NCBI GenBank assembly: GCA_937922045.1
Contig: CAKZXA010000032.1
Coordinates: forward strand, 7,710-71,709
From: an uncultured Acidimicrobiales bacterium
GTDB lineage: Bacteria > Actinomycetota > Acidimicrobiia > Acidimicrobiales > SZUA-35
Direction: 5' to 3'
Length of the DNA: 64,000 nt
Shown: positions 28,423-37,090 of the stretch, one piece after another
Numbering within the stretch: position 1 is the first letter of the stretch
How the letters are laid out: each line of letters opens with the position of its first letter
Notes under the pieces: generated by a model
Database searches by the model: none
What the model was told of the DNA's origin: nothing
What the model saw: the letters and a program-made list of their open reading frames with translations, nothing else
Made by a program: the position numbers and the translations under genes

Positions 28423-29670
28423 ATGAAGGCCACGACAATACGGCTCGACCGACCGGTTGATCTTCTTTCGGTTGGAGCCGAACATGGCTTCTTCTGGACC
28501 TTCGACGGTCTTACGCTGGCGGGAATGGGCGCCGTTACCCGCATACCTTTTGCTCGCCCTGGTGGGTTCGGTTCCGCCTCCGACGCCCTCGCTGGGTTGC
28601 GGGGAGACGATGAGGTCGATCGCCCAGGTTCGGGCCCGGTGGGTTTCGCCGCACTCCTGTTCGACCGCGAGGCCGACGGTGAGTTGCTCATCCCACAGGT
28701 TGTTGTTGGCTCCGATCGATCAGGGCAGCGTTGGGCCACGCTGCTCCACGATGAGGGCATCGACGCCACCGAGGTAGGGGCCCGCGTCGGTGCACTGCTG
28801 GACGAGGCCGAATTGGCGGTCTCGGCCGGTGCTGGCAGGCGCCAGCCAACCCGTTTCGAGGTGGTTTCAGCGCTAACCCCCGAGTTCTGGCGAGACGAGA
28901 TCCTGACACCGGCCCGAGACCTGATCGCTGCCGGTCACCTCGACAAGGTCGTCCTGGCCCGTGAACTCTCGATCACCTGTGACCAGGCAATCCAGATGGC
29001 GCCCGTTCTGCGCCGTCTCACCGCTCGATTCCCAGCCGGACATGTCTTTGCCATCGACGGCTTTATCGGGGCCTCACCTGAGCAACTCATCTCGCGGTTG
29101 GGCGACGTGGTTCGAGCCCATCCGCTGGCCGGAACCGCCCCTCGGTCATCGGACCCGGATCGTGACCGAACGCTGGCCACCGAGCTGATGACGTCGGCCA
29201 AAAATCGTTGGGAGCATCGCATCACCATCGACTGGCTGCTCGATTCTCTCCTGCCGTTCTGCTCCTACGTCGACGCTGAACCGGAGCCATCAATCGTGAC
29301 GCTGGCAAACGTTCACCACCTCGGCACGCGGGTTGAGGGACGGCTCTCGCACCCACCGGCATCGGTGCTCGAACTGGTCTCGGCGCTCCACCCCACACCG
29401 GCGGTTGGAGGTGCTCCCCAAGCGGATGCGCTCGCACTGATCGAGAAGCTGGAGCAGGCCGATCGCGGCCGATATGCAGGGCCCACTGGATGGGTAGACG
29501 CCGAGGGCAACGGTGTCTTCTCAGTGAGCGTTCGGAGCGCTCAGGTGCAGGACAACGAGGTCAAGCTTTTTGCTGGCGTCGGCGTCGTCGACGACAGCGA
29601 TCCTGAGGCTGAGCTGGCCGAAACTCGATCCAAGTTCGACGCCATGCTTGGCGCTCTCCTGCAACCCTGA
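28423..29670 (+). CDS. menF: Isochorismate synthase
   Basis: Chorismate-binding domain motifs (LHPTPAVGGAP, RGRYAGPTGW, GVGVV). 415 aa, in men cluster context. Confidence 0.85.
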   Translation: MKATTIRLDRPVDLLSVGAEHGFFWTFDGLTLAGMGAVTRIPFARPGGFGSASDALAGLRGDDEVDRPGSGPVGFAALLFDREADGELLIPQVVVGSDRSGQRWATLLHDEGIDATEVGARVGALLDEAELAVSAGAGRRQPTRFEVVSALTPEFWRDEILTPARDLIAAGHLDKVVLARELSITCDQAIQMAPVLRRLTARFPAGHVFAIDGFIGASPEQLISRLGDVVRAHPLAGTAPRSSDPDRDRTLATELMTSAKNRWEHRITIDWLLDSLLPFCSYVDAEPEPSIVTLANVHHLGTRVEGRLSHPPASVLELVSALHPTPAVGGAPQADALALIEKLEQADRGRYAGPTGWVDAEGNGVFSVSVRSAQVQDNEVKLFAGVGVVDDSDPEAELAETRSKFDAMLGALLQP

Positions 29671-29709
29671 AGTACCGTTTTAGCGATCGTTCACTTTCGC
29701 CGAGGGGCT

Positions 29710-30564
29710 ATGACCATGAAGATCGAATCGCTGGATGCGAGTTTTGGCGCCGTCATCACCGGTGTGTCGCTAGCCAATCTGGATGACGAAACGTGGGCTG
29801 TGGTTTACGATGCGTGGATCACCTATGGCCTGGTGGTGGCGCCAGAACAGTTCCTCACCGCCGATCAGCAGGTAGAGCTGGCTCGCCGATTCGGCGAGAT
29901 CGAGGTGATCGGAGGCCAAGAGATTGTGCCGCTCTCCAACGTGAAGGCCGACGGGTCTCTCCGAGGCGACGATGGGATGGTGAGAATCCTAAAGGGCAAT
30001 ATGGACTGGCACGCCGACAGCACCTACATGCCGTTGCAGGCCAAAGGAGCGGTGTTTACCGCTGAGGTTGTTCCCACCGCCGGGGGTGGTACCGGTTGGG
30101 CCGATATGCGGGCCGCCTACGATGCGCTCGATGAGACCACCAAGGCCAAGGTCGAGCAGCTCTCGGCCCATCATTCTCTGGCCTACAGCCAGTCGAAGGT
30201 CGGCTTCGATCATGCGCCCGATGATGGCTACGTTGGCTACGGCTTTGAAGGCCACAATGTGCCGCTGCGACCGCTCGTCAAGGTACATCCCGTCAGCGGC
30301 CGCAAGTCGCTGACCATTGGGCGCCACGCCCACGCCATACCCGGTATGGATGCAGCAGAGTCTGAGCAGTTTCTCACCGATTTGGTAGAACAGGCGTGCC
30401 AGCCACCCCGAATCTATGAGCATCGGTGGAGTCCAGGTGACGCAGTGATTTGGGACAACCGCTGTCTTTTGCACCGAGCGCGGCCATGGGACATGAGCGA
30501 GCCCCGCATCATGTGGCACAGTCGGATTGCTGGCGATCCAATGAGCGAACTCGTCGAGGTCTAA
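29710..30564 (+). CDS. TauD/TfdA family Fe(II)/2-oxoglutarate dioxygenase
   Basis: HxD facial triad (WHADSTY), a distal His (LLHRARPW) and a TauD-like N-terminus (FGAVITGVSLANL). Confidence 0.85.
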   Translation: MTMKIESLDASFGAVITGVSLANLDDETWAVVYDAWITYGLVVAPEQFLTADQQVELARRFGEIEVIGGQEIVPLSNVKADGSLRGDDGMVRILKGNMDWHADSTYMPLQAKGAVFTAEVVPTAGGGTGWADMRAAYDALDETTKAKVEQLSAHHSLAYSQSKVGFDHAPDDGYVGYGFEGHNVPLRPLVKVHPVSGRKSLTIGRHAHAIPGMDAAESEQFLTDLVEQACQPPRIYEHRWSPGDAVIWDNRCLLHRARPWDMSEPRIMWHSRIAGDPMSELVEV

Positions 30565-30578
30565 CCAGCCGCCTCCAG

Positions 30579-31487
30579 CTAGTAGTGATAGGGGAAGGGC
30601 GCCCAGTCGGGATCGCGTTTCTCGAGGAAGGCGTCGCGCCCTTCCTCGGCTTCGTCGGTGCCGTAGATGAGCCGTGTCGCCTCACCAGCGTAGACCTGCT
30701 GGCCGACGAGGCCGTCGTCGATCAGGTTGAAGGCAAATTTGGCCATGCGTTGAGCTGTTGGGCTCTTGGAGCAGATTTCACGAGCCCATTGGAGGGCTTC
30801 GACCTCGAGCTGGTCGTGGGGTACCACGGCGTTTACCGCACCCTGCTGGTGGGCCTCGTCGGCGGTATAGGTTCGCCCCAGGAAGAAAATCTCGCGGGCG
30901 ACTTTCTGGCCGACCTGGCGGGCCAGGTAGGCCGAGCCGAACCCGCCGTCCACGCTGGCCACGTCGGTGTCGGTTTGCTTGAAGCGAGCATGTTCGGCGC
31001 TTGCCAGCGTCAGGTCGCTCACGACGTGAAGCGAATGCCCGCCACCAGCAGCCCATCCGGGCACGACGCAAAGAACTACCTTGGGCATCATACGGATCAG
31101 GCGTTGGCATTCGAGAATGTGGAGGCGCCCGTTGCGGGCCGGGTTGATCGTCTCGGCCGTCTCACCGTCGGCGTACTTGTAGCCGTCCTTGCCTCGAATT
31201 CTCTGGTCCCCGCCGGAACAGAAAGCCCAGCCGCCGTCGCGAGGTGAGGGACCATTGCCGGTTAGCAGCACAGCGCCGATTTCGGGTGATTGACGGGCGT
31301 GATCGAGTGCCCGGTAGAGCTCATCGACCGTGTGGGGACGGAATGCGTTGCGAACCTCGGGGCGATCGAAGGCAATGCGCACAGCGCCAACCTCGTTTGC
31401 CCGATGGTAGGTGATGTCGGTGAAGTCAAACCCCTCGACTTCGTGCCAGTCGTCGGGGTTGAAGATGTCGGAGACGGGTTTGGCCAT
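30579..31487 (-). CDS. menB: 1,4-Dihydroxy-2-naphthoyl-CoA synthase
   Basis: Crotonase fold with the MenB motif AFCSGGDQRIRG and a C-terminal FLEKRDPDW. I trimmed the start to the ATG at 31487; the upstream 174 aa of the ORF are Arg-rich read-through across menD. Confidence 0.95.
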   Translation of the reverse strand: MAKPVSDIFNPDDWHEVEGFDFTDITYHRANEVGAVRIAFDRPEVRNAFRPHTVDELYRALDHARQSPEIGAVLLTGNGPSPRDGGWAFCSGGDQRIRGKDGYKYADGETAETINPARNGRLHILECQRLIRMMPKVVLCVVPGWAAGGGHSLHVVSDLTLASAEHARFKQTDTDVASVDGGFGSAYLARQVGQKVAREIFFLGRTYTADEAHQQGAVNAVVPHDQLEVEALQWAREICSKSPTAQRMAKFAFNLIDDGLVGQQVYAGEATRLIYGTDEAEEGRDAFLEKRDPDWAPFPYHY

Positions 31488-31534
31488 AGCAACGTAGGCT
31501 AAGCCCGATCGAGCTCGATAGGCGAGTCGGTTCG

Positions 31535-33217
31535 TTAGGTAGAGCCGAGCACCCGGGTCTCGACAGCCTGGTTGATGGCAGCGTGTAGACGGCGGTTGAC
31601 ATCTCGATCCGTGCGGGCGACAACGACCCTCACCCCGCTGGGGACAAACGAGCTCGGTGGCCACTGCTCGACCGCAAGGCCGTGGGCCTTGCATAGCTGT
31701 TCCACATCTGTTCCGTGAGGGGTGCCGAACAGCTGCTCGAACGTGGCCTGGGGGAGCACGTCGGCCTGGGGGAGGAAGGAGAAGATGCCGCCTCCGTCGT
31801 TGTCGACGACCACGATGGTGAGATCGATCGAGCGACTGGCGAGACCGATCAGAGAGCTTGAGTCGTGAAGGAAGGCGAGGTCGCCGATCAGGACGGTGGT
31901 TGGGGTTCCCGTAATCGCACTTCCGATGGCCGTAGCGACAACACCGTCGATACCGTTGGCGCCGCGATTGGCCAGCACCCGCACTCGGGCTCGGTTGACG
32001 CCATACCATTCGACATCACGCACAGGCATCGACGACGAGGTGACCACCACCGAGTCGTCGGGCACCTGCTGCACTATCGACCGGGCGATACCGGGTTCGG
32101 TTGGTTGGCCGCAGCCTGCGAGGAGGGCGTCGATATCGGCGTCGAACGCGTCGTCGAGAGCCTGCCACCGGGCCCCGCGCTCGGCTGCTGGTGTGTCGGT
32201 CTCGACCATGCTGAGGAGTCGTTGGGCGAGCTGGTGTTCATTCACCACGAGCCCGATGAGGCGCTCAGGGTCGGACCGTTGCCCAATAGTGAGACCAGCG
32301 ATGACGAAGGGGCGATGGAAAATCAACCACTGGGCGGTCGACTTGGAAGCCAACGGCTCACCGAATCGGAGCACCACACCAGGGTGATTCGCCTCGGCGA
32401 ACGAGCCGATTCGGAGGAGGGCATCGGCATAGCGCATGGCACCGCCGGGCACACGACATCCCGAGCGGTGATCGGCGAGTAGAGGCCATCCCAACCGCTG
32501 CGAGAGGGCGATGACGGCTTCTGGGTTTGAGGTGCCTCGGCCCGCGATGATGACACCTTCGCTCCCGCTGATGCGCTGCCAAACCTCGGCGACCGTCTCG
32601 TCCGAAAGGCCACCTGGATCCATGCGGCGATCGGCGTGCCAGGGAGCTCCGTCGGCGCGGCCTTCGGGCAAGTCTCCGGCTTCGCCGACGAGCGGATCGA
32701 CAAAGCTCAGGTTGGCGTGAACCGGGCCCGGTCGGCCTGAGGCGCCGAGTGCCTCGTTCACGAGTTGGGAGGCCAGCGACCGCCAGCTCAACGCCATACG
32801 TCGATCGGGAACACCGGGCTCGCAGTAGAAGCGAACGGCATTTCCGTAGAGACCGCTCTGGTTCACGGTTTGGGGGGCGCCGACATCCCACAGTTCGGGT
32901 GGGCGGTCGGCGGTGCAAACGATTAGAGGAACGGCTGACAGGTCGGCCTCGACCACAGCCGCATGGAAATGAGTACCGGCCGTGCCTGAGGTGCACACCA
33001 CCACGGCCGGTCGGTTCGTAGCCAGGCCGAATCCCAGGGCGGTGAATGCGGCCGAACGCTCGTCGTGGAACACATGAAGGTTCATGCCCTCATGGGCGGC
33101 GAGGGCGAGGGCGAGGGGGGTGGAGCGCGAGCCGGGAGCGACGAAGGCATCGGCAATACCGCTGCGCCACCATTCGTCCACCACCGTGGCACAAAACGTG
33201 GCGGCTTCGGTCGGCAT
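31535..33217 (-). CDS. menD: SEPHCHC synthase (2-succinyl-5-enolpyruvyl-6-hydroxy-3-cyclohexene-1-carboxylate synthase)
   Basis: ThDP enzyme. The N-terminal Pyr domain has FVAPGSRSTPLALAL, and the ThDP-binding motif is LIGDLAFLHDSSSL ... VVVDNDGGGIF. Confidence 0.9.
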   Translation of the reverse strand: MPTEAATFCATVVDEWWRSGIADAFVAPGSRSTPLALALAAHEGMNLHVFHDERSAAFTALGFGLATNRPAVVVCTSGTAGTHFHAAVVEADLSAVPLIVCTADRPPELWDVGAPQTVNQSGLYGNAVRFYCEPGVPDRRMALSWRSLASQLVNEALGASGRPGPVHANLSFVDPLVGEAGDLPEGRADGAPWHADRRMDPGGLSDETVAEVWQRISGSEGVIIAGRGTSNPEAVIALSQRLGWPLLADHRSGCRVPGGAMRYADALLRIGSFAEANHPGVVLRFGEPLASKSTAQWLIFHRPFVIAGLTIGQRSDPERLIGLVVNEHQLAQRLLSMVETDTPAAERGARWQALDDAFDADIDALLAGCGQPTEPGIARSIVQQVPDDSVVVTSSSMPVRDVEWYGVNRARVRVLANRGANGIDGVVATAIGSAITGTPTTVLIGDLAFLHDSSSLIGLASRSIDLTIVVVDNDGGGIFSFLPQADVLPQATFEQLFGTPHGTDVEQLCKAHGLAVEQWPPSSFVPSGVRVVVARTDRDVNRRLHAAINQAVETRVLGST

Positions 33218-33222
33218 GGGGT

Positions 33223-33234
33223 CACGCTAGCGTG
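33223..33234. promoter_or_regulatory. Perfect 12-bp palindrome CACGCTAGCGTG in the 23-bp menD/menH divergent gap (candidate operator)
   Basis: I checked the palindrome base by base. It fills half of the entire intergenic space between the menD start (33217) and the menH start (33241). Confidence 0.4.
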
Positions 33235-33240
33235 GTGTTC

Positions 33241-34068
33241 ATGGCCCTCCACGTCGAGCATCTCGTGACGCCACGAGGCCAGCGGCAGGCCACCTTGGCG
33301 CTGCTTCACGGCTTCACGCAGAACAGCCGATGTTGGGGCCCCTTTGTCGAAGCGCTACAGGCCGAGCCTGGCTTGAGCGGCATCGAGATCGTGGCGGTCG
33401 ACGCCGCTGGCCACGGGTTGAGCGATCCAGCCCACGATGATGTCGACTTGTGGGTCGCTGGTGACCTGACCATGCAGGCAGTCGGTCCGGCGATCTATCT
33501 CGGCTACTCGATGGGAGGACGCACCCTGCTCCACGCCGCCCTCGGGCAGTTGCGGCAGACCGGTCCGATTCAGGATTCGATTCAGGATTCGATTCAGGGC
33601 ATGATCCTGCTCGGGTCGACAGCTGGGATTGAGCAGAAGATTGAGCGGGCTAAGCGACGTGAGGCCGATGAGGCCCTAGCGGCGCGGCTCGAGTCCGACG
33701 GTCTCGAAACCTTCCTCGACGACTGGCTGGCGAATCCCCTTTTTGCCGGACTGCCGGAGGAGACGGCGGCTCGGTCCGAACGTTTGACCAATCGCGCCGA
33801 TGGACTAGCTGCCAGTCTGCGCTATCGGGGGACAGGGGCGCAGGAATCGCTCTGGGATCGCCTAGACGAGATCACGTGTCCAACCTTGGTCGTGGCTGGC
33901 AAGACGGACACAAAGTTCGCCGCCATCGGTCGTCGTCTTCAGTCGGCGATAGCGGTAGAAACCGACCTGGCCCTCCCCGATGGTGGCCATGCGATTCATC
34001 TGGAATCGCCCCAAGCGGTCGCCCGTCTCGTTGCGGCATTCGTAACGTCTCTTGTCGCCCGATCTTAA
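33241..34068 (+). CDS. menH: Alpha/beta hydrolase, probable SHCHC synthase
   Basis: Motifs HGFTQNSRCW and the nucleophile elbow GYSMGG. It sits between menD and menC. I trimmed the start to the ATG at 33241. Confidence 0.7.
   Translation: MALHVEHLVTPRGQRQATLALLHGFTQNSRCWGPFVEALQAEPGLSGIEIVAVDAAGHGLSDPAHDDVDLWVAGDLTMQAVGPAIYLGYSMGGRTLLHAALGQLRQTGPIQDSIQDSIQGMILLGSTAGIEQKIERAKRREADEALAARLESDGLETFLDDWLANPLFAGLPEETAARSERLTNRADGLAASLRYRGTGAQESLWDRLDEITCPTLVVAGKTDTKFAAIGRRLQSAIAVETDLALPDGGHAIHLESPQAVARLVAAFVTSLVARS
33567..33598. repeat. 12-bp in-frame tandem repeat, ~2.7 copies (gattcaggattc)
   Basis: Read directly from the sequence. It encodes IQDSIQDSIQG inside menH. Confidence 0.95.
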
Positions 34069-35240
34069 GCCTCGAAAGCGGCATGGCGAACCGTGACGGC
34101 CTCGAGCCGCTCCTCGTCAGGGGGTGGAGCAATCCCGACGTTAGCCGGCACTGCGAGGGCTCCGCTTTCGGCATCGAGGTCGAGATCTGGCCAAGGATCG
34201 TCGACGATCCAGCGCGACGCCGGTGAGAGATCGCCGGGCAACGTGAAGCCGTCGAGGGCCGATAGCGCCACGAGCATGTGACGCCCGAGCCCGGCCTCCA
34301 CCATGCCTCCGGCCGTGGCCGCCAGCTGCTGAGATCGGCAGAAGCGATAGAGAGCCAAGGCGGAGGCCAAGCCGCCGACTCGGCCGGGCTTGATCGACAA
34401 GGCCGACATCGCCCGGGCCGACCGGACGCTGCGAGCTTCGTCGAGTGTGGCCACCGCTTCGTCGGCCACCACCAGGGTGGTTAAGCCCAGCTGATCGAGA
34501 CGGACGATGGCGAGGGCAGCCGAAGCCTGGTCGCCAACTGCGAAGGGCTGTTCGATGGCGGTCAGGCCGAACTCGGCAGCCAACGCTACGAGCTGGTCGA
34601 TCGAGTCGGAGTCGTAGGCGCCGTTGGCATCAACCTGGAGCTGAACGTGACCGAGCTGACCGAGCTGACGGAGCGCATCGTGGGCCGCAGCTAAAGGCTC
34701 GCGATCGTGTCCAGGGGCGATCTTCAACTTGAGGCGCCGATAGCCAGCGGCCACCAGATCGATTGTGCGGGCTGCGGTGTCGGACGGTGCCATCATGCCG
34801 AGTGCGGCTCCGGCCGTTACCTGCTGGCGCGTAACCCCCAGGTAGGAAGCAAGCGACTGGCCCGCAGCATTCAGCGCGGCATCTAGCACCGCCATCTCGA
34901 CGGTGGCCACGGCCATCGGACTGTGGTGGAGATGGGGGCCGACCGGCAATGTCGTTCCTGGCTCAAGATCTATCCCTAGCAAGCCAAGGCACGGGGCGGC
35001 AGCGGTCGATGTGCCGGGCTCACCGGCGAGAAGATCGAAGGCACCGTCGGCGGTTTCGGCCGTGTAGGTCGGCGAGGGCATGGCTGCGCATTCTCCCCAT
35101 CCAACGCCGGCGGAGGTCTCTAGCCTGACAACGGCTACTCGCCGTGACACCGTCGTGCCATGACTGGCGGCGAAGGGTTCGACAAGGGGAAGATCGAGCA
35201 GGCTGGTCTTGCAACCGAGAATCTCGAGGTGTTCGAGCAT
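34065..35240 (-). CDS. menC: o-Succinylbenzoate synthase (enolase superfamily)
   Basis: Enolase-superfamily metal and base motifs (RRLKLKI, QVDANGAY, IEQPF, VVADEA). I trimmed the start to the ATG at 35240 (MLEHLEI...). The stop shares a TTAA with the menH stop. Confidence 0.75.
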   Translation of the reverse strand: MLEHLEILGCKTSLLDLPLVEPFAASHGTTVSRRVAVVRLETSAGVGWGECAAMPSPTYTAETADGAFDLLAGEPGTSTAAAPCLGLLGIDLEPGTTLPVGPHLHHSPMAVATVEMAVLDAALNAAGQSLASYLGVTRQQVTAGAALGMMAPSDTAARTIDLVAAGYRRLKLKIAPGHDREPLAAAHDALRQLGQLGHVQLQVDANGAYDSDSIDQLVALAAEFGLTAIEQPFAVGDQASAALAIVRLDQLGLTTLVVADEAVATLDEARSVRSARAMSALSIKPGRVGGLASALALYRFCRSQQLAATAGGMVEAGLGRHMLVALSALDGFTLPGDLSPASRWIVDDPWPDLDLDAESGALAVPANVGIAPPPDEERLEAVTVRHAAFEA

Positions 35241-35329
35241 GCCCCCAGCATGCCATCTCGCGTAGCTGGCCAGCATCAAGCACCGTTGTTAGCGTGGAGG
35301 AAGGTGGAGCCCTCCGAGGTGAGGAAGCG

Positions 35330-35610
35330 ATGATGCGAACGATTGATGCGCCAGACGTGTACGACGAGCGAGATTTCATCGCCGACGATCTGCTGCAAGG
35401 ACATGGCGCCCTACGGATCATGAATGCCATATCGGCCACAGATCTGGCCGACGCCCGCCAGCGGATCATCGATGCCCCTGCCGACCGGGACGGACAACGG
35501 CTGAGGCCATCATTGGTTCGGTCGGCGCCAATCGGGTGCTGCCAGGTGGCCGAGGGCAGGGCGCCCACATCGACTATCCCTATTCGGATATCTACAATCC
35601 GTCCGCCTAG
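35330..35610 (+). pseudogene. Possible remnant of a dioxygenase-like gene, split over two frames
   Basis: From the ATG at 35330, after a GGAGG-rich stretch, one frame reads MMRTIDAPDVYDERDFIADDLLQGHGALRIMNAISATDLADARQRIIDAP with coding-like GC3. It then degenerates. A second frame reads AEAIIGSVGANRVLPGGRGQGAHIDYPYSDIYNPSA-stop (TAG 35608..35610). The resemblance to PhyH-type N-termini is only a visual impression. Confidence 0.25.
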
Positions 35611-35797
35611 AGGCCATGGCTCGGGCGACACCGACGATGCGCCGTCTTCTCGGACTTCATGGACGCACCGTCGACACCGCCGATCTTCCCGATGATTGTG
35701 CAGAAGTGCCCGAAGTCCCTCGAAGCGGTGCAGCTCGAACCGACGCCGGTCATTCGAGCGGCAACTAGCAGTGGTTGGGCCGGGGCGTGACCAGAAC

Positions 35798-36799
35798 GTG
35801 AAAGGTAACGTGAAGCGAGACACCATCAAGAGAGACACCGTCAAGAGTGTTCCCGTGGTCGATCTCGCATCGCCTCGCGCCGGCGCCGAACTCGACCAGG
35901 CGTTGCGAGCGCTTGGATTCGTCCAGCTTGCAGGGCATGGAATCACGAGCTCCGGTGAGCTCTGGGACGCGATGGACGAGCTCTTCGCCCGACCGCTAGC
36001 TCAGAAGCAAAGGTGGAGCTGCGACGACCCGTTGGCCAACCGCGGCTATCGACGGCGGGGGAGTGAGGCGCTTGCTTACTCTCTTGGTCAAGATGGGCTC
36101 CCACCCGACCTGTTCGAATCCTTCAATGTTCGTCACGACCAGCGAACAACAGATGACCCCTTGATGGCGGCATCGATCTGGCCAGACGAGGTTCCATCGT
36201 TTCGGCCAGCAGCCGAGGCTTACCTTTCGGAAGTGCAGGCGTTGGCCCATCGCCTCGATTGGCTCCTCGGTTCGGTTGTTGGTATTCGAGACCTCGCCGA
36301 ACGGTCGACGAATGGCCCCGACGCCATGGCCTGTATTCGCTATCAACACCAGCCCGACGAGAGGAAGCCGCTAGACCGCCAAGCTCGCATGGGCGCTCAT
36401 TCCGACTACACGAGCTTCACTATTTTGTGCGCCGACAGGGTGCCGGGGCTACAGATTCTCACCGCTGATGGCTGGTTCGACGTCGTTCCAGACGACGACA
36501 ACCTACTTCTGAACGTTGGCGACCTGTTGGCCATATGGACCAACAACGCTTGGCCGTCCACCATCCATCGAGTACCGCTGGTCGGCGGGGGTCTCGACCC
36601 AACGTTGCGACGATCGGTGGCGTACTTCCACTATCCCGACCTCGATGTCGTGGTCGAACCGTTGACCTCGTTCGTCGACGGCGAGAAACCCGCCTACGAG
36701 GCCGTTACGGTCGGCAATCACCTACGAACACGGCTGGTCGGCCCAAAGCTGAAACAACGCTCCGAGGGAACAACGACACTTGGAACCCGTGAAATTTAG
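35798..36799 (+). CDS. 2OG-Fe(II) oxygenase (isopenicillin-N-synthase-like family)
   Basis: DIOX_N-like start (VPVVDL ... GFVQLAGHGI) and the facial triad GAHSDYTSFTIL ... STIHRV. The start is uncertain: GTG at 35798 or 35810, and the ORF as listed begins at 35696. Confidence 0.8.
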   Translation: MKGNVKRDTIKRDTVKSVPVVDLASPRAGAELDQALRALGFVQLAGHGITSSGELWDAMDELFARPLAQKQRWSCDDPLANRGYRRRGSEALAYSLGQDGLPPDLFESFNVRHDQRTTDDPLMAASIWPDEVPSFRPAAEAYLSEVQALAHRLDWLLGSVVGIRDLAERSTNGPDAMACIRYQHQPDERKPLDRQARMGAHSDYTSFTILCADRVPGLQILTADGWFDVVPDDDNLLLNVGDLLAIWTNNAWPSTIHRVPLVGGGLDPTLRRSVAYFHYPDLDVVVEPLTSFVDGEKPAYEAVTVGNHLRTRLVGPKLKQRSEGTTTLGTREI

Positions 36800-36920
36800 A
36801 GGCTTAGACAGCCCTGTCATCCCTTTTGGAACGTTTCTCCAGGATTTTCCGCGACTAATCTGACGATAACTACGTCGTAAGAGAGCACCCAAGCGGTGCA
36901 TGGGCGAAATGAGAATCAAA

Positions 36921-36970
36921 GAGGTCGGCCGTTCCAATCCCTCCAACGGCCGGCCTCTTCTCTCTTTTCC
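36921..36970 (+). terminator. Intrinsic terminator: 13-bp stem, 11-nt C-rich loop, T-rich tail
   Basis: GAGGTCGGCCGTT pairs with AACGGCCGGCCTC (12 Watson-Crick pairs plus one G-U), with loop CCAATCCCTCC and tail TTCTCTCTTTTCC. It lies about 120 nt downstream of the oxygenase stop. Confidence 0.65.
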
Positions 36971-37090
36971 GATCGTCTGCCGCAGGGACATCGGCAGCAC
37001 TCTTCTCGGCCGACGCCGATGGCAGCAGTTCTCGACGTCCTATCCTGGCAGATGGCACCGAAGGGTGACCAGGATCCGAGGAGCACGCCC

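Noticed and set aside
31488-32009. N-terminal 174 aa of ORF 30579..32009 (extension of menB)
   Set aside because: This is Arg-rich nonsense overlapping menD in a different frame. The canonical MenB N-terminus begins at the ATG at 31487.
36971-37090. Possible cobalamin riboswitch upstream of the PduO-type adenosyltransferase
   Set aside because: I found no B12-box-like sequence and no multi-helix architecture, only short hairpins (CTGCCG...CGGCAG).
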